From: an uncultured Pleurocapsa sp.
GTDB taxonomy: Bacteria > Cyanobacteriota > Cyanobacteriia > Cyanobacteriales > Xenococcaceae
Direction: 5' to 3'
NCBI GenBank assembly: GCA_965365755.1
Contig: CBDUCX010000001.1
Span: 3,162-67,161 of the forward strand
Length of the DNA: 64,000 bases
Of this stretch, positions 51,596 through 61,955 are shown piece after piece. The position numbers and the translations under genes are program-made. How positions within the stretch are numbered: position 1 is the first letter of the stretch; the number at the start of each line of letters is the position of its first letter. The notes beneath the pieces are model-generated. The model made no database searches. It was not told the origin of the DNA and worked only from the letters and a program-made list of their open reading frames with translations.

Positions 51596-52702
51596 TTATG
51601 GTATTGTTTGAAGTTGAACTCTTTCTTTAAGATGATTCATCCATGACGGTTCAATCATTTTGTCATGCTGTAATCTTCCTACAACAATACCTGGATGAAT
51701 ACCTATATCTTGAGCAAAGGAAGTGACCGCAGCCTTAGACTTTAGTTCGGCTAATTCTGATTGATAAGTGGGTGGAATTAGAAAGTCTCGTGACCATTGA
51801 TCAGCTTCATTTTCTTGCTCTGAGACAAGCTTTTTTCCACTGTCCCATTCATCAAGAAAAATTTGATCTTTCCCATGCAGCAGAATGTGAGCAACCTCAT
51901 GAAAGAATGTAAACCAAAACTTATCATTACTTTTCCCATACAGTGATAATTGAATCATTGGCTTATGAGGGTTTAGCCACCGAACGACACCGCTAACATG
52001 AGCTTTGGGAATAGATGGCACTAGAGCAAAAACTACTCCAGACTCTCTGCATAAGCGTTTAATCTCTGGCAAGAATTGTTCTGCTGGGAGTACAGTAAGT
52101 TTTCTAATTTTACGAATTGCCTGTTGAAATTTAGCTTTATTATATTTTGGACAGTTTTGTCTTTCTGCTTCAATTTCACCCAACCTTAGCCAACTAGAAA
52201 TCGCACCAATATTGCTCTGTCTTGTTCTGGTGCGGCGGTAAGCAAGCTCCAGCCCTGAATAGCATTTATAGTAATCATCAGGGGAAGCTACTCCAAAAAA
52301 TAGCAGCATTTCTTTGACTATGGTAGGTTTATGTTTAGCAATCAGACGACGAGTAGCAATCACTTCCTGCTTCATCAGCTCTTTGACTGGTAATTCATCG
52401 AGCCAATCAACCCATGACTCTAAAAGCTTTTTTTCCTCAATCTGAGCTAGTTGAGCGCGATAGTCTGCTTCACGATTTAACCAAAATTTCTCTGTACTAC
52501 CTAAAACTTTTGTTAGCTTGAGGGCTGTATCTTCAGTTATGGGAGCTTTCCCATTGATTAGTTGACTGACGTGCTTTGTGGTATATCCCAACCTCTCTGA
52601 GAGTTTTACCTGCGTCCAGTCTCTTTCCTCAAGTAGATCAGCGATGGTATCACCTGGAGGAGAAACCCAATCGGGAGCAAATTCGAGTGTGGTTTCAGTC
52701 AT
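51596..52702 (-). CDS. higA: HigA antitoxin fused to an ImmA/IrrE-type metallopeptidase
   Basis: SPPG..I..LL HTH, FWLNREA and FFHEVAH zincin motif. Start placed at ATG 52702, overlapping the higB stop. Confidence 0.88.
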   Translation of the reverse strand: MTETTLEFAPDWVSPPGDTIADLLEERDWTQVKLSERLGYTTKHVSQLINGKAPITEDTALKLTKVLGSTEKFWLNREADYRAQLAQIEEKKLLESWVDWLDELPVKELMKQEVIATRRLIAKHKPTIVKEMLLFFGVASPDDYYKCYSGLELAYRRTRTRQSNIGAISSWLRLGEIEAERQNCPKYNKAKFQQAIRKIRKLTVLPAEQFLPEIKRLCRESGVVFALVPSIPKAHVSGVVRWLNPHKPMIQLSLYGKSNDKFWFTFFHEVAHILLHGKDQIFLDEWDSGKKLVSEQENEADQWSRDFLIPPTYQSELAELKSKAAVTSFAQDIGIHPGIVVGRLQHDKMIEPSWMNHLKERVQLQTIP

Positions 52703-53024
52703 GATAATCTCCAATAAATACGATAAGTACAGCAGTAACCTCTGACCAATCGATACCGCCATCCTCTTTTCGGGGTAGAGATTCATTAGCTGGCTCAAAA
52801 ACCAACCTTTTCCCCCCATCAAGTCTTACAGCATATTGACCCAGGCGATCGCCCTTTAAAGGATGAGGTTTTCCTGTTACAAGATCTGTAACTGACTCAG
52901 CAGCCTTAAGGTCTGCCAATCGAGCGCGTAGTTTTTTGGCGCAGTTAGCCCCCAACTTTTTTTGAGCTTCCCGTGATTTGTCACATAGCTTCTTGAGTTG
53001 ACTATTGAGGTAGGTTACTTCCAT
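52695..53024 (-). CDS. higB: HigB/RelE family toxin (killer suppression type)
   Basis: HPLKGDR.GQYAV.L.GG.RLVF motif. Confidence 0.88.
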   Translation of the reverse strand: MEVTYLNSQLKKLCDKSREAQKKLGANCAKKLRARLADLKAAESVTDLVTGKPHPLKGDRLGQYAVRLDGGKRLVFEPANESLPRKEDGGIDWSEVTAVLIVFIGDYHD

Positions 53025-53044
53025 GTATTAGTGTACCACTTTTT

Positions 53045-53063
53045 ATTTACCAAATCGGTAAAT
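53045..53063. promoter_or_regulatory. Candidate HigA operator (inverted repeat)
   Basis: ATTTACC-N5-GGTAAAT about 20 bp upstream of the higB start. Confidence 0.55.
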
Positions 53064-53256
53064 TTTTTTGTAAAAGTCTACATGTGTCAAATGATACGCG
53101 CTAATTTGAAGAATGTCATATTTTCCTGAAAAGTGTGGTACTAAGAAGCTTTATCGTATAACTAAATCTGCCACATACTAATTGACAGGAGAAATAGAAA
53201 ACAGGCAAACTTTTGACAAGGCGATTTCTTTTCTTATCCTTCATCCCTTATAAGTC

Positions 53257-55899
53257 ATGGGCAGATATATCTTATCCGAGTTCAACCCGTCAGTTGATTT
53301 AGAGTTTGAATTTCCAGTTATTACGCCAAGTAAAGCGATCGCATCATACCTCAAAGTACCCCACTATAGCTTATTAAGTTTGACTCAAAATATTGTCCGT
53401 CGTCAGGGTATTGGTATTGCTTCTGCTTTATTGAGTCGGCGTTTGCTACAAAATGCGGTGAGGGAAGTCGTTGACACCAAGGATATTGAAGGGACAGCGA
53501 AGGCGTTTTTATCTATTATTAAAGATTTATTTCGTAGCGGGATAGATTTATCAAGACTGCAACAGAATCCTGATACTAGGATGCAACAGTTGGGTAATCT
53601 GGCTGTGGCTTATAGAAATCAGTTAAGACAAATGAATCGTATTGATGCTGCGGAATTATATTGGCAAGGTGCGGTTGAGATTACTTACCAAAAAGCTTAT
53701 GTATTCTATGGTTATTTTGCTCCAGGTAAAGATGAATTAAAAGTCATAAATGCGATCGCAGGACAGGATAGTATTTTAATATTGCCTCTAAATGATTTAT
53801 ATCCTCAAAATCAACAGGCTTTAAGTTGGTTGCAATCTCAGGGGTGGGAATTAATCGAGAGTAAGTCAAAAAATACTACGGGCATTAATCATCAACTACA
53901 GCAGTGTTTTAAGCAGACATCGCCTCTCCCGTTACCAACAGGAGTATGTTTAAATATTTTTGCTAATTTAGCAGAGGAAGTACGAGGAGTATTAACTCAG
54001 GTCAAGGTTTTGCTATCTCAAAAAGTTGCGACTCAGGATATTGTTTTAGTAACTAGAGAAGAGCAGCTATATGGTGAAACTCTAATGGATCTTGCCTGGG
54101 AATATAATTTGCCTGTGCAGGTATCCTATGAAATTCCCCTACAACAAACCCGTATTGGTGCCTGGCTGAAATTATTACTGGAGGTGATTAGAGATAACTT
54201 TCCTTTTGAAACCACCGCTAAGTTACTATCTCATCCTTTAGCTAACTATATGTCGGCGGGAATATGGTTGCAAGCCAGACAAACTCATCCCCATGGCATA
54301 ACAGCCTGGCAAGAATTAGGCATAGATCTCAGCCTACTTGATTTTCAAGATAATTATCATCGCCCTGTTTGGGTTAATCGTTTACTTGATATCCTGTCCA
54401 CCTGGGATGTCTTAGAAAAAGCTAAATTCTGGGCACGGGAAATAGTCGCCTACTACCGTTTACAGGAAGGATTAAAAGAATTAATCAAACCAGAACAGCA
54501 AAAACTGAGTAAATCAGCTTTTATTAACGAAATTAATGAAATATTAGCTTTATTGACGGTTCCTGCCCAACCAGGGATGGGCGGAATTGAACTGCATTCC
54601 CCTACCGCTTTACTCGGTACGAATTATCCCCATGTCTTTGTATTAGGTAGTGCAGAAGGCATATTGCCAGCAGCGATCGCCAGCGACCCAATTTTAGACT
54701 TTCATAGTCGTAAACAGTTAGCTAAACAAGGTTTAAATATTAACACCGCCGTTGATCTTGCCCAGCAGGAAACCTGGGATTTTTACTGTTTGTTGAATGT
54801 TCCCACTAAAAGCATTACTTTTTCTTACCCCGAATTAGTTGATAAAAGCCCCGTCATAGCAAGTCCTTATCTAGATCGTTTAGGATTAAAACCAACTCCT
54901 GTTACTAATTTACCCATAGCTAGTATTGAGCGAGCGCGTCAACTATATCTGCGTCAACCAAATTCATTAAAACCTGAAGTTTGCGCTTCCCTGAGAATAC
55001 CTCAAATTACCCAAGCCTTACAAGTAGAAGCACGAAGAGAAAGTGCAGTCGCACCAGACGAATATGATGGTGTAATTGGTATTACTATCGATCCGCAACG
55101 TAAGATTTTTAGTGCCTCTCAGTTAACACAATTAGGTCAATGTCCCTTTAAATGGTTTAGCGCGCGGTTACTAAAACTCAAAGAATTAAGCGAAGCCGAA
55201 TCCGATCTTGGTGCAGCGATGCGGGGTAATCTCTACCATCGTTGTTTAGAATTATCCTTAGCCCAGATCAAAACCGCCAGTGACTTAGCCAAATTCAATC
55301 AAGCACAATTAGCCCAAGCCTTTGCCACCGCCGAACAAGAATTAAAACTAACTGAATTACCAGGCTGGGAGGCTCAACGTCAAGAACATCTTAATTTACT
55401 TGCGCTTAACTTAGCCACTGCTGAATTCTTACCTGCTGACAGAGAAGTCATTACCACCGAAACCAAGTTTGACATGGAATGGCATGGCTTACAAATACAG
55501 GGACAGGTAGACAGAATTGATCGCACCCCCGCAGGATTAACCGTAATCGACTACAAGACTAGTGGTGTCACCCCCGCAGGAGTAAAAGACGAGACAGGTA
55601 AAGCCAATCTTGATATCCAATTAGCAGTATACCAAGATGCGATCGCCGAACAATACCCCGAGGAAACCATCGACAGCGCAGCCTACTATTCCCTAACCCA
55701 ACAAAAAACCATTAGTCGTCCGCAAAAAGACCCCGCAGAATTAGCCGCCTTTGCCCAAAAGGTAAAATCTCATTTAGAACAAGGATACTATCCCGTTGCC
55801 CCAGATAGCGATCGCAAAGCCTGTCGCTATTGTAATTATGATCTAGTTTGCCGCCAGGGTGATCGGCTTAGTCGGAAAAACGACACAAAAATTTGTTAA
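53257..55899 (+). CDS. AddB/RexB-like protein: degenerate helicase body plus C-terminal PD-(D/E)XK nuclease with 4-Cys Fe-S staple
   Basis: SASQL..GQCPFKWF, RGNLYH, GQVDRID, VIDYKT and CRYCNYDLVC motifs. Confidence 0.82.
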   Translation: MGRYILSEFNPSVDLEFEFPVITPSKAIASYLKVPHYSLLSLTQNIVRRQGIGIASALLSRRLLQNAVREVVDTKDIEGTAKAFLSIIKDLFRSGIDLSRLQQNPDTRMQQLGNLAVAYRNQLRQMNRIDAAELYWQGAVEITYQKAYVFYGYFAPGKDELKVINAIAGQDSILILPLNDLYPQNQQALSWLQSQGWELIESKSKNTTGINHQLQQCFKQTSPLPLPTGVCLNIFANLAEEVRGVLTQVKVLLSQKVATQDIVLVTREEQLYGETLMDLAWEYNLPVQVSYEIPLQQTRIGAWLKLLLEVIRDNFPFETTAKLLSHPLANYMSAGIWLQARQTHPHGITAWQELGIDLSLLDFQDNYHRPVWVNRLLDILSTWDVLEKAKFWAREIVAYYRLQEGLKELIKPEQQKLSKSAFINEINEILALLTVPAQPGMGGIELHSPTALLGTNYPHVFVLGSAEGILPAAIASDPILDFHSRKQLAKQGLNINTAVDLAQQETWDFYCLLNVPTKSITFSYPELVDKSPVIASPYLDRLGLKPTPVTNLPIASIERARQLYLRQPNSLKPEVCASLRIPQITQALQVEARRESAVAPDEYDGVIGITIDPQRKIFSASQLTQLGQCPFKWFSARLLKLKELSEAESDLGAAMRGNLYHRCLELSLAQIKTASDLAKFNQAQLAQAFATAEQELKLTELPGWEAQRQEHLNLLALNLATAEFLPADREVITTETKFDMEWHGLQIQGQVDRIDRTPAGLTVIDYKTSGVTPAGVKDETGKANLDIQLAVYQDAIAEQYPEETIDSAAYYSLTQQKTISRPQKDPAELAAFAQKVKSHLEQGYYPVAPDSDRKACRYCNYDLVCRQGDRLSRKNDTKIC

Positions 55900-56199
55900 T
55901 TGATAATCAACAAACGTTGCTGCTTGAGTTTTAATTAGAATTAAGGATAGCTATCAATTAACTTAGAATTCCCCTTTCCTAGTACCCCTGAATTAGCTAG
56001 GAAAAAAGTACCACCTTGACTCATAGTTAACTGATACAAATCCCTAAATATTTCTTGAGGATTGTTCCCATCATTGGCTAAAAATACTTGTGATGTAGGC
56101 TGACGTTGCGGTTTAAAGTATGGAGTGACTTTTGGGGTACTATCCCAATCTGTTGTGAATGCTTTGGGTATTTTATACAATACTGCCAATCTTTCCCAA

Positions 56200-56316
56200 G
56201 GACAAGGCTGTATTATTCCTGGGCGTAATGTACTTCCCTATGAATCAACCACCGATTTTACCAAGGCTGTTGCTAACTTTCTTGATTTAACAACCGACAG
56301 GCCAACCCCAGCTTAA
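56200..56316 (+). pseudogene. Possible C-terminal remnant of an alpha/beta hydrolase
   Basis: QGQGCIIPGRNVLPYESTTDF resembles my recollection of a cyanobacterial hydrolase C-terminus. No upstream body is present. Confidence 0.3.
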
Positions 56317-56433
56317 TTAATTGTTGCCTTCAATTTTATCTTCTTCAGTACAGCTAATGCTCAGCAATCTGTACAGTCATTTCTGATGCTTTTGTTCCAA
56401 TCAGATATTTTCAAGTCAGTTCATGATGGCTAC

Positions 56434-57759
56434 TTATTTATCTAATAGTCTTAACTGATGATTGATCCGACTCTGAACTGTCTGTAATTCTCTGAGGTTA
56501 GTTAATTCCGCAGAATCAAAGCAAGCCTGAATTCTTCTGAGAGTTTTTTCTAGTTGCTTGGCTAACTGTAAAGCCTGTTCGCTAACCTTATCCATCTGCT
56601 GTTGTTCATAAGCTGCCAAGGTTTTGTTACGTAAGATTTGGATTCCTACTTTTTCTATCCCCTCTTGGAGACTAAATTCTAAACGTAGTAAGATTCGCTC
56701 CTGTTGGTAAAATCTTTCCAATACTACTCTTTTAGGATGAGAGGATGTCGCTTGGGGAAGCCTTGCCATCCGCTTGATTTCATCGATCAAAGAGCAGAAA
56801 ATCGGTAGAGATACTTGCTCAATACAGGATTGAGTTGATTCATTTTTACTGGCAACAATGCTACCGCGATCGCTATAGCGACTTAAGCTAATATATTCTG
56901 TATGATGGAGAAAGGCTTGTTCTAATAGTTTTTGCCAGGACAGTTGCGGAGTCAACTGGGGTAAAAAATCGACGGTTTCCGATGCTGCATCCTTTGGTGG
57001 CACTTTCTCTAAAGTTTCCGCAATTAGCTCGGAGATTTGTGCCTCACCAAAAGCAATTTCTGGATTGCTCTGGGCTGCCTCTTGGGCTAAAAGTTCAGCA
57101 GGATTGCCTCCAATGATAGTTGGTTTATCATCAAGATTATGAGGTTTTTTCTGATTGAGAAATTCTGGAGGAATTTCATACAAAGTTGCTGCTGAATCTG
57201 CTTCTGGTTTGACGGACTTTTGGGGCGTTGCTGGAGTTAAATTTAAATCTTTAAGAAAGTCTAAGTCTGGGGGCAAATCAGGTAATTCTGGGGCATTTGC
57301 CGACTCCACTGAGGAAATATTGGCTGGCTGGGAAATAATTGTTGGTGCAGAGTCGGCTAATCTTCGGCGATTGTTAGCATGAAGAGGTGCGCTAGGATTA
57401 AAGTTAGTATCAATAACAGTTTTGTTTTGGTCTTGCTCTGCTGTTGAAGACTGAGGTGTATCTTGAGGATAGTTGGCTAATATTATTTGATGAGTTTGCA
57501 AATCTATCAGTTGAATTTCTAAATCGTATTTAAAGACCTTGGCAATTGAATTAACAAATTTTAAGGACTCGTCATTCTGGGGATCTAACATTCCCAAGGT
57601 TAAATTGCTGCCAACTAACTTGAGTGGTAGAACCTCGTAGTGCCGACAAGAATCTAGGGGGAAAACCTGATCAATTAGCTGGAAAATTTCTTTACTATTG
57701 CCAAGACAATCGGCAAACATTGCTGTTTTGAAGTTACCAGAATTAGAATCATTATTCAT
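56434..57759 (-). CDS. GspE/PilB N-terminal-domain protein lacking the ATPase core
   Basis: C..YEVLPL....LTLGMLDP N-domain, Pro/Ser-rich linker and partial PilB N2-like region. No Walker A motif. Confidence 0.65.
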   Translation of the reverse strand: MNNDSNSGNFKTAMFADCLGNSKEIFQLIDQVFPLDSCRHYEVLPLKLVGSNLTLGMLDPQNDESLKFVNSIAKVFKYDLEIQLIDLQTHQIILANYPQDTPQSSTAEQDQNKTVIDTNFNPSAPLHANNRRRLADSAPTIISQPANISSVESANAPELPDLPPDLDFLKDLNLTPATPQKSVKPEADSAATLYEIPPEFLNQKKPHNLDDKPTIIGGNPAELLAQEAAQSNPEIAFGEAQISELIAETLEKVPPKDAASETVDFLPQLTPQLSWQKLLEQAFLHHTEYISLSRYSDRGSIVASKNESTQSCIEQVSLPIFCSLIDEIKRMARLPQATSSHPKRVVLERFYQQERILLRLEFSLQEGIEKVGIQILRNKTLAAYEQQQMDKVSEQALQLAKQLEKTLRRIQACFDSAELTNLRELQTVQSRINHQLRLLDK

Positions 57760-57940
57760 TTGAGAGTGCCTATCTTGAAAATTTATTTAGTAGTAAATAG
57801 ATAATCTAGTTGTTGGTGATTTAGTTTAATTACCCTGAGTTGCCGACTAATAATTTAACTCCTTGATAAATCTTTTCAATCTTAAGTTACCCAAATCAGC
57901 AAATAAGATTAGCATCGAGTAAGAATTGACCTATATCTAT

Positions 57941-59164
57941 CTATTGCCATAGCTCAAGCTTTTCTTTCCAGGGAAAATCTGGATTTTGATTGAGGAATAT
58001 ATACCCACCAGCTACAACAACAGCAATAATTCCGCAGAGAAAGATCCCAACTAACCCAACTAAATTGTTACTTGATTTCGTTTGCTCGGTCTGTATTTTT
58101 GTGGGGGCTTGGGATGTAGATGTAATCTTGGCATTGGCTTTTGGTCTTTCTGTCACCGCCACGCTATTCTGATTACGATTGTTGACAGTGGATAGTTGAG
58201 TATGGCGATCGCTAATTACGGATTTGAGTTTAGCACCTTTAAGATTGGCTTGACTTAAATCAACACCACAAATGTTCGCTGCAAATAAATCAGTGTTGGT
58301 TAAATTAGCATTGGTTAAATTACTATGGCGTAAAATAGCGTGGCTTAATTTAGCATTAGTTAAATTAGCTGACTCGAAGTTAACTCCCTGAAGGTTAGCA
58401 TTACTCAAATCGGCACCACTAAGATTCTTGTTCGCCGCGCCACAATTAACTATGTCCCAAACAGCATACCATTTAGGATCAATCATAGTTTTATGACTAA
58501 ATTTAGCTGCTTTGAGATTGGCAAATTTTAAATCTGCATCTTTGAAATATGTCCCGCAACATAATGCATCACTAAAATAAGCCGAGGTAAGATCTGCGTG
58601 ACTAAAATAGGCATTGCTTAAGTCAGCATTCTGAAGATTCGCCCCAGTTAAATCTGCTTTATAAAGATAGGCACCACTTAAGTTAGCACTATTTAGATTA
58701 ACATTAATTAGCTTGGCATTACTAAGCTCTGCGTTACTTAAATCAGCACGAAATAAATTAGAATTACTTAAATCGATACCAGAAAAATCTTTTTGTTTAG
58801 CTTTATGATTAACAATTTCATAAACTTTAAGGTATTTAGCTGCCATTAATGTGTGGCGATTAATGATAGTCTGAAAAAAGATTGTATAATCTAAGTTGGC
58901 TCTTTTCAAATTAGCATCGTTAAGGTTAGCTCCTAGCAAATTTGCTCTGTTTAAATCGGCATTAATTAACTTCGATTTACTTAAGTCTACATTGCTAAGA
59001 TTAGTCTGTTCAAGATTAGCTTTTGTTAAATTAATACCACTCAGATTAAAATTACTAAGGTTAGCATGGGAAAGGTCAGGAATTACTGTTTTATGCTTTT
59101 TATACCATTCGTTCCATACTGTAACACCTTGCTTAATTAATGCTAAATGCTCTAAGTTTGCCAT
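57941..59164 (-). CDS. Pentapeptide repeat protein with C-terminal TM helix
   Basis: Many A(D/N)L(S/T)xx repeats; GV..WN.W N-terminus; hydrophobic segment near the C-terminus. Confidence 0.9.
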   Translation of the reverse strand: MANLEHLALIKQGVTVWNEWYKKHKTVIPDLSHANLSNFNLSGINLTKANLEQTNLSNVDLSKSKLINADLNRANLLGANLNDANLKRANLDYTIFFQTIINRHTLMAAKYLKVYEIVNHKAKQKDFSGIDLSNSNLFRADLSNAELSNAKLINVNLNSANLSGAYLYKADLTGANLQNADLSNAYFSHADLTSAYFSDALCCGTYFKDADLKFANLKAAKFSHKTMIDPKWYAVWDIVNCGAANKNLSGADLSNANLQGVNFESANLTNAKLSHAILRHSNLTNANLTNTDLFAANICGVDLSQANLKGAKLKSVISDRHTQLSTVNNRNQNSVAVTERPKANAKITSTSQAPTKIQTEQTKSSNNLVGLVGIFLCGIIAVVVAGGYIFLNQNPDFPWKEKLELWQ

Positions 59165-59553
59165 CTTGGAAAAGTCCCTAACTCTACTATCATCTTAAAA
59201 CTATAAAATTGCCAAACTAATTAAGAAGTTAACCGATAGTATAATCTTTGAATATTAGATCAGCTTCGTAGTATGACACCTTAAACTTTGCCACAACAAG
59301 CAATAATATATATTAGATTTCATAATCCTTTATCTTATTAATTTAATATATAAGTTGTGGTTGAAATATTAAGTTTTCAATAAGTAGTGACAGTAAAATG
59401 CAAACTTTCATGAATTAGTAGTAACCCAGCAATAAATTAATTAATCATAGATACTCCTGTCCCAATACTTTTCTCAAACTATTCTTTAAAATAAGTATGA
59501 AGAAACAGGATACAATTTAAATTGTTTAACAAAACTTATAGAATATCTCGCTT

Positions 59554-60201
59554 ATGCTGCGTCCAGAGCAAAGATTTAAATTAGACGATACCAACGATCT
59601 TGATTTTTATGATTTGCCTCGTCTAGTAACTCATGTAGATCAAAGCTTTATTGATCGCCTGACTAATCTTTATCGGGAACAATTAAAGTCAGATACCCGT
59701 ATTTTAGACTTGATGAGTAGCTGGGTATCCCACCTACCAGAGGAAATGCAGTTTACTCATGTTGAAGGACATGGAATGAACGGGGAGGAATTAGCCAAAA
59801 ATTCGCGTTTAGATCATTATTTTATCCAAAATCTCAATCTAAATCCTAAATTACCCTTAGAAAATGCTGATTTTGATGCTGTATTGATTGCTGTTTCTAT
59901 TCAATATTTACAATATCCTGAAGCTATCTTATCAGAAATCTATCGGGTATTAAAGCCCCACGGGGTAGTCATCATTAGCTTTTCCAACCGCATGTTTTAT
60001 CAAAAAGCGATCGCAGCCTGGCGCGATGGGACAGATACGGAGCGGGTGAATTTAGTGAGAAGATATTTTCAGTCGGTTGATGGCTTTACTCAGCCTGAAG
60101 TGGTAGTACATCAATCCCCTCTATCTGGCTTCCTGCAAATGGTTGGTATGGCTGGAGGAGATCCGTTTTACGCGGTGATGGCGCGTAAATCCGACTCATA
60201 A
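59554..60201 (+). CDS. SAM-dependent methyltransferase (type 11)
   Basis: D..FY..PR.VTH, ILDLMSSWVSHLP and SFSNRMF motifs. Confidence 0.88.
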   Translation: MLRPEQRFKLDDTNDLDFYDLPRLVTHVDQSFIDRLTNLYREQLKSDTRILDLMSSWVSHLPEEMQFTHVEGHGMNGEELAKNSRLDHYFIQNLNLNPKLPLENADFDAVLIAVSIQYLQYPEAILSEIYRVLKPHGVVIISFSNRMFYQKAIAAWRDGTDTERVNLVRRYFQSVDGFTQPEVVVHQSPLSGFLQMVGMAGGDPFYAVMARKSDS

Positions 60202-60224
60202 TTGTATAATTGGCGATCGCTCGG

Positions 60225-60755
60225 CTATTGATCTTCTGCTTGTCGTAACTTCTCCCCGACATTAATATAGGGAATAATGCCAGAAGACTCATAATTGGAG
60301 TCTAAGTTTTGTTGTCCACTTCCCCAAGCAAAGAGATTATTGAGGGCAGCCACTCCATCTTGTCCTGGTCTTAGAGTGTAGACAATACCCTCGCAAGGAC
60401 CGTTATCATGACTAGCAACACAGATTATCTGCTGTTGGTTTTGCATGCCCAAAGTGACGTATTTGAGCTTGCCTTTTTGTCTATATTCTTCTAAACGTTT
60501 GCTCACCGCTTGACAGCGAGATAAAGGAGTCCAATTAGAATCTGAAAAATGCTCAGAAATCCACTTGATCCACGGTTCTTTGCCTCCCTGAGAATTGTGA
60601 TACATGGTAGTGGGAATAGATGTACTAACATCGCACCTAAAACCTTTTTTGGTTTGAGCTTGAGTCGAGTTAATCGAGGTAAGGGATATGATGGTAGTAG
60701 CGATCGCTAAAGTGGTTAGACTAAATTTAGCTCTTAGATTTGGTAATTTCATCAT
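60225..60755 (-). CDS. COP23-domain secreted protein
   Basis: Signal peptide, F.C, I.W.S..F...WTP..RCQ.VS.RL and IC....C..TL motifs. Confidence 0.8.
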   Translation of the reverse strand: MMKLPNLRAKFSLTTLAIATTIISLTSINSTQAQTKKGFRCDVSTSIPTTMYHNSQGGKEPWIKWISEHFSDSNWTPLSRCQAVSKRLEEYRQKGKLKYVTLGMQNQQQIICVASHDNGPCEGIVYTLRPGQDGVAALNNLFAWGSGQQNLDSNYESSGIIPYINVGEKLRQAEDQ

Positions 60756-60920
60756 TAAACGGGAAGGATTGTTGTTGCCTTAATTTGTAATATGCTTATT
60801 TTTATTTACTATGCAATAAAAAAGTAAAACTTTCTGATGGTATACAAATTAAGATCTTAAATATAAAAATTGGCGATCGCTGTTCACGGCACTACTAACC
60901 CGAGATGATCCTAAATCCGT

Positions 60921-61406
60921 TTAATTAAAAATACTATTTTTAGGTACTCTGGCTGATGCTGCAATTGTTGCTCCGCTAATAGAACTTAATTTAGTAATAA
61001 ATTCTTCGCCAACGTCTCCTGCCGCCACATCACAACCATATAAAGATAGTCGGGGAGAATCAATACTAGCATCATCACCATTAGCATTTTGAAACCAGCT
61101 TTCTAGCGGTAAACTGTATCGAATTAGAGTATTCAAACTTAACTCTGCGTTGCCAATATATAGACAACCTGGTGAACCCTGACCAATAATATATATTTCT
61201 CGACAGCAGCTAGAGCTCAAGATCTGAGAAATTTCTCTAATGCCATCAGCTTGGGGACTGATTACAATTACTCTTACTTCTGGTATAACTTGCTGAATCA
61301 GAGTGTCACAATTAGAAAAGTTGGCATTAATAAAAACAATCGGTCTATTATCTAGACGATCAGTTATTCTGTGGATGTTATCAAACTGGCGAGATAAAAA
61401 TGACAT
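60921..61406 (-). CDS. Standalone DUF4347 domain protein
   Basis: IVFI, DGI..I, GSPG.L.IG and LYGCDVAAG..GEEF motifs. Confidence 0.8.
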   Translation of the reverse strand: MSFLSRQFDNIHRITDRLDNRPIVFINANFSNCDTLIQQVIPEVRVIVISPQADGIREISQILSSSCCREIYIIGQGSPGCLYIGNAELSLNTLIRYSLPLESWFQNANGDDASIDSPRLSLYGCDVAAGDVGEEFITKLSSISGATIAASARVPKNSIFN

Positions 61407-61880
61407 GATATTTAAGGGTTAATTTCTATATTTGGAGCAAAAGAGAGTCAATTCAAAATGATTTTTATAAGTATTTAGCTAAATTAATTAAGTAATGACT
61501 AAGTAATCCTAAGCAAAAAAATTTTATTATTTAAAATAATATTTGGAAATATAAAAGTAGTCTAAGATTACAGTCACCAGTATTCAGCAACTTTGAATTT
61601 ACTTTGGACTCTTTAACAAGAAGATTACACTTTTTTGAATTGTAAAAGCGGGAATAATGCTTTTCTTGACGAAATCTTTAATAATATTGATGCAGTTTAA
61701 GATGGTTCAGGATAAGGGGCTGGCATTAGCTCTAAGCTTTATCTGACAAGTCTTTCGATAATTGTCTGATAAATCAAGCAGAAAGTATGGCGAAAATATA
61801 ATACTATTCTCAGTCAACCTGATGATCGGGGTTTTCGTTTATCTGAAACTAATTTGTAATACGTTTTTGTCGTTTATAAA

Positions 61881-61918
61881 GTAGAGATAAAGTAACATCG
61901 ATTGTAGAGATAAAGTAA
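61881..61918. repeat. 15-bp direct repeat with a 23-bp period
   Basis: GTAGAGATAAAGTAA at 61881 and 61904. Confidence 0.8.
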
Positions 61919-61955
61919 TATAAATTTAGAGCAAAAAAATCTAAGTCGTTAGTTG

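Noticed and set aside
4057-60755. Apparent circadian theme: kaiA3B3C3, ldpA and COP23 in one window
   Set aside because: Separated by 30-55 kb and by the ribosomal superoperon; ldpA and COP23-domain genes are widespread, so the proximity is probably coincidental
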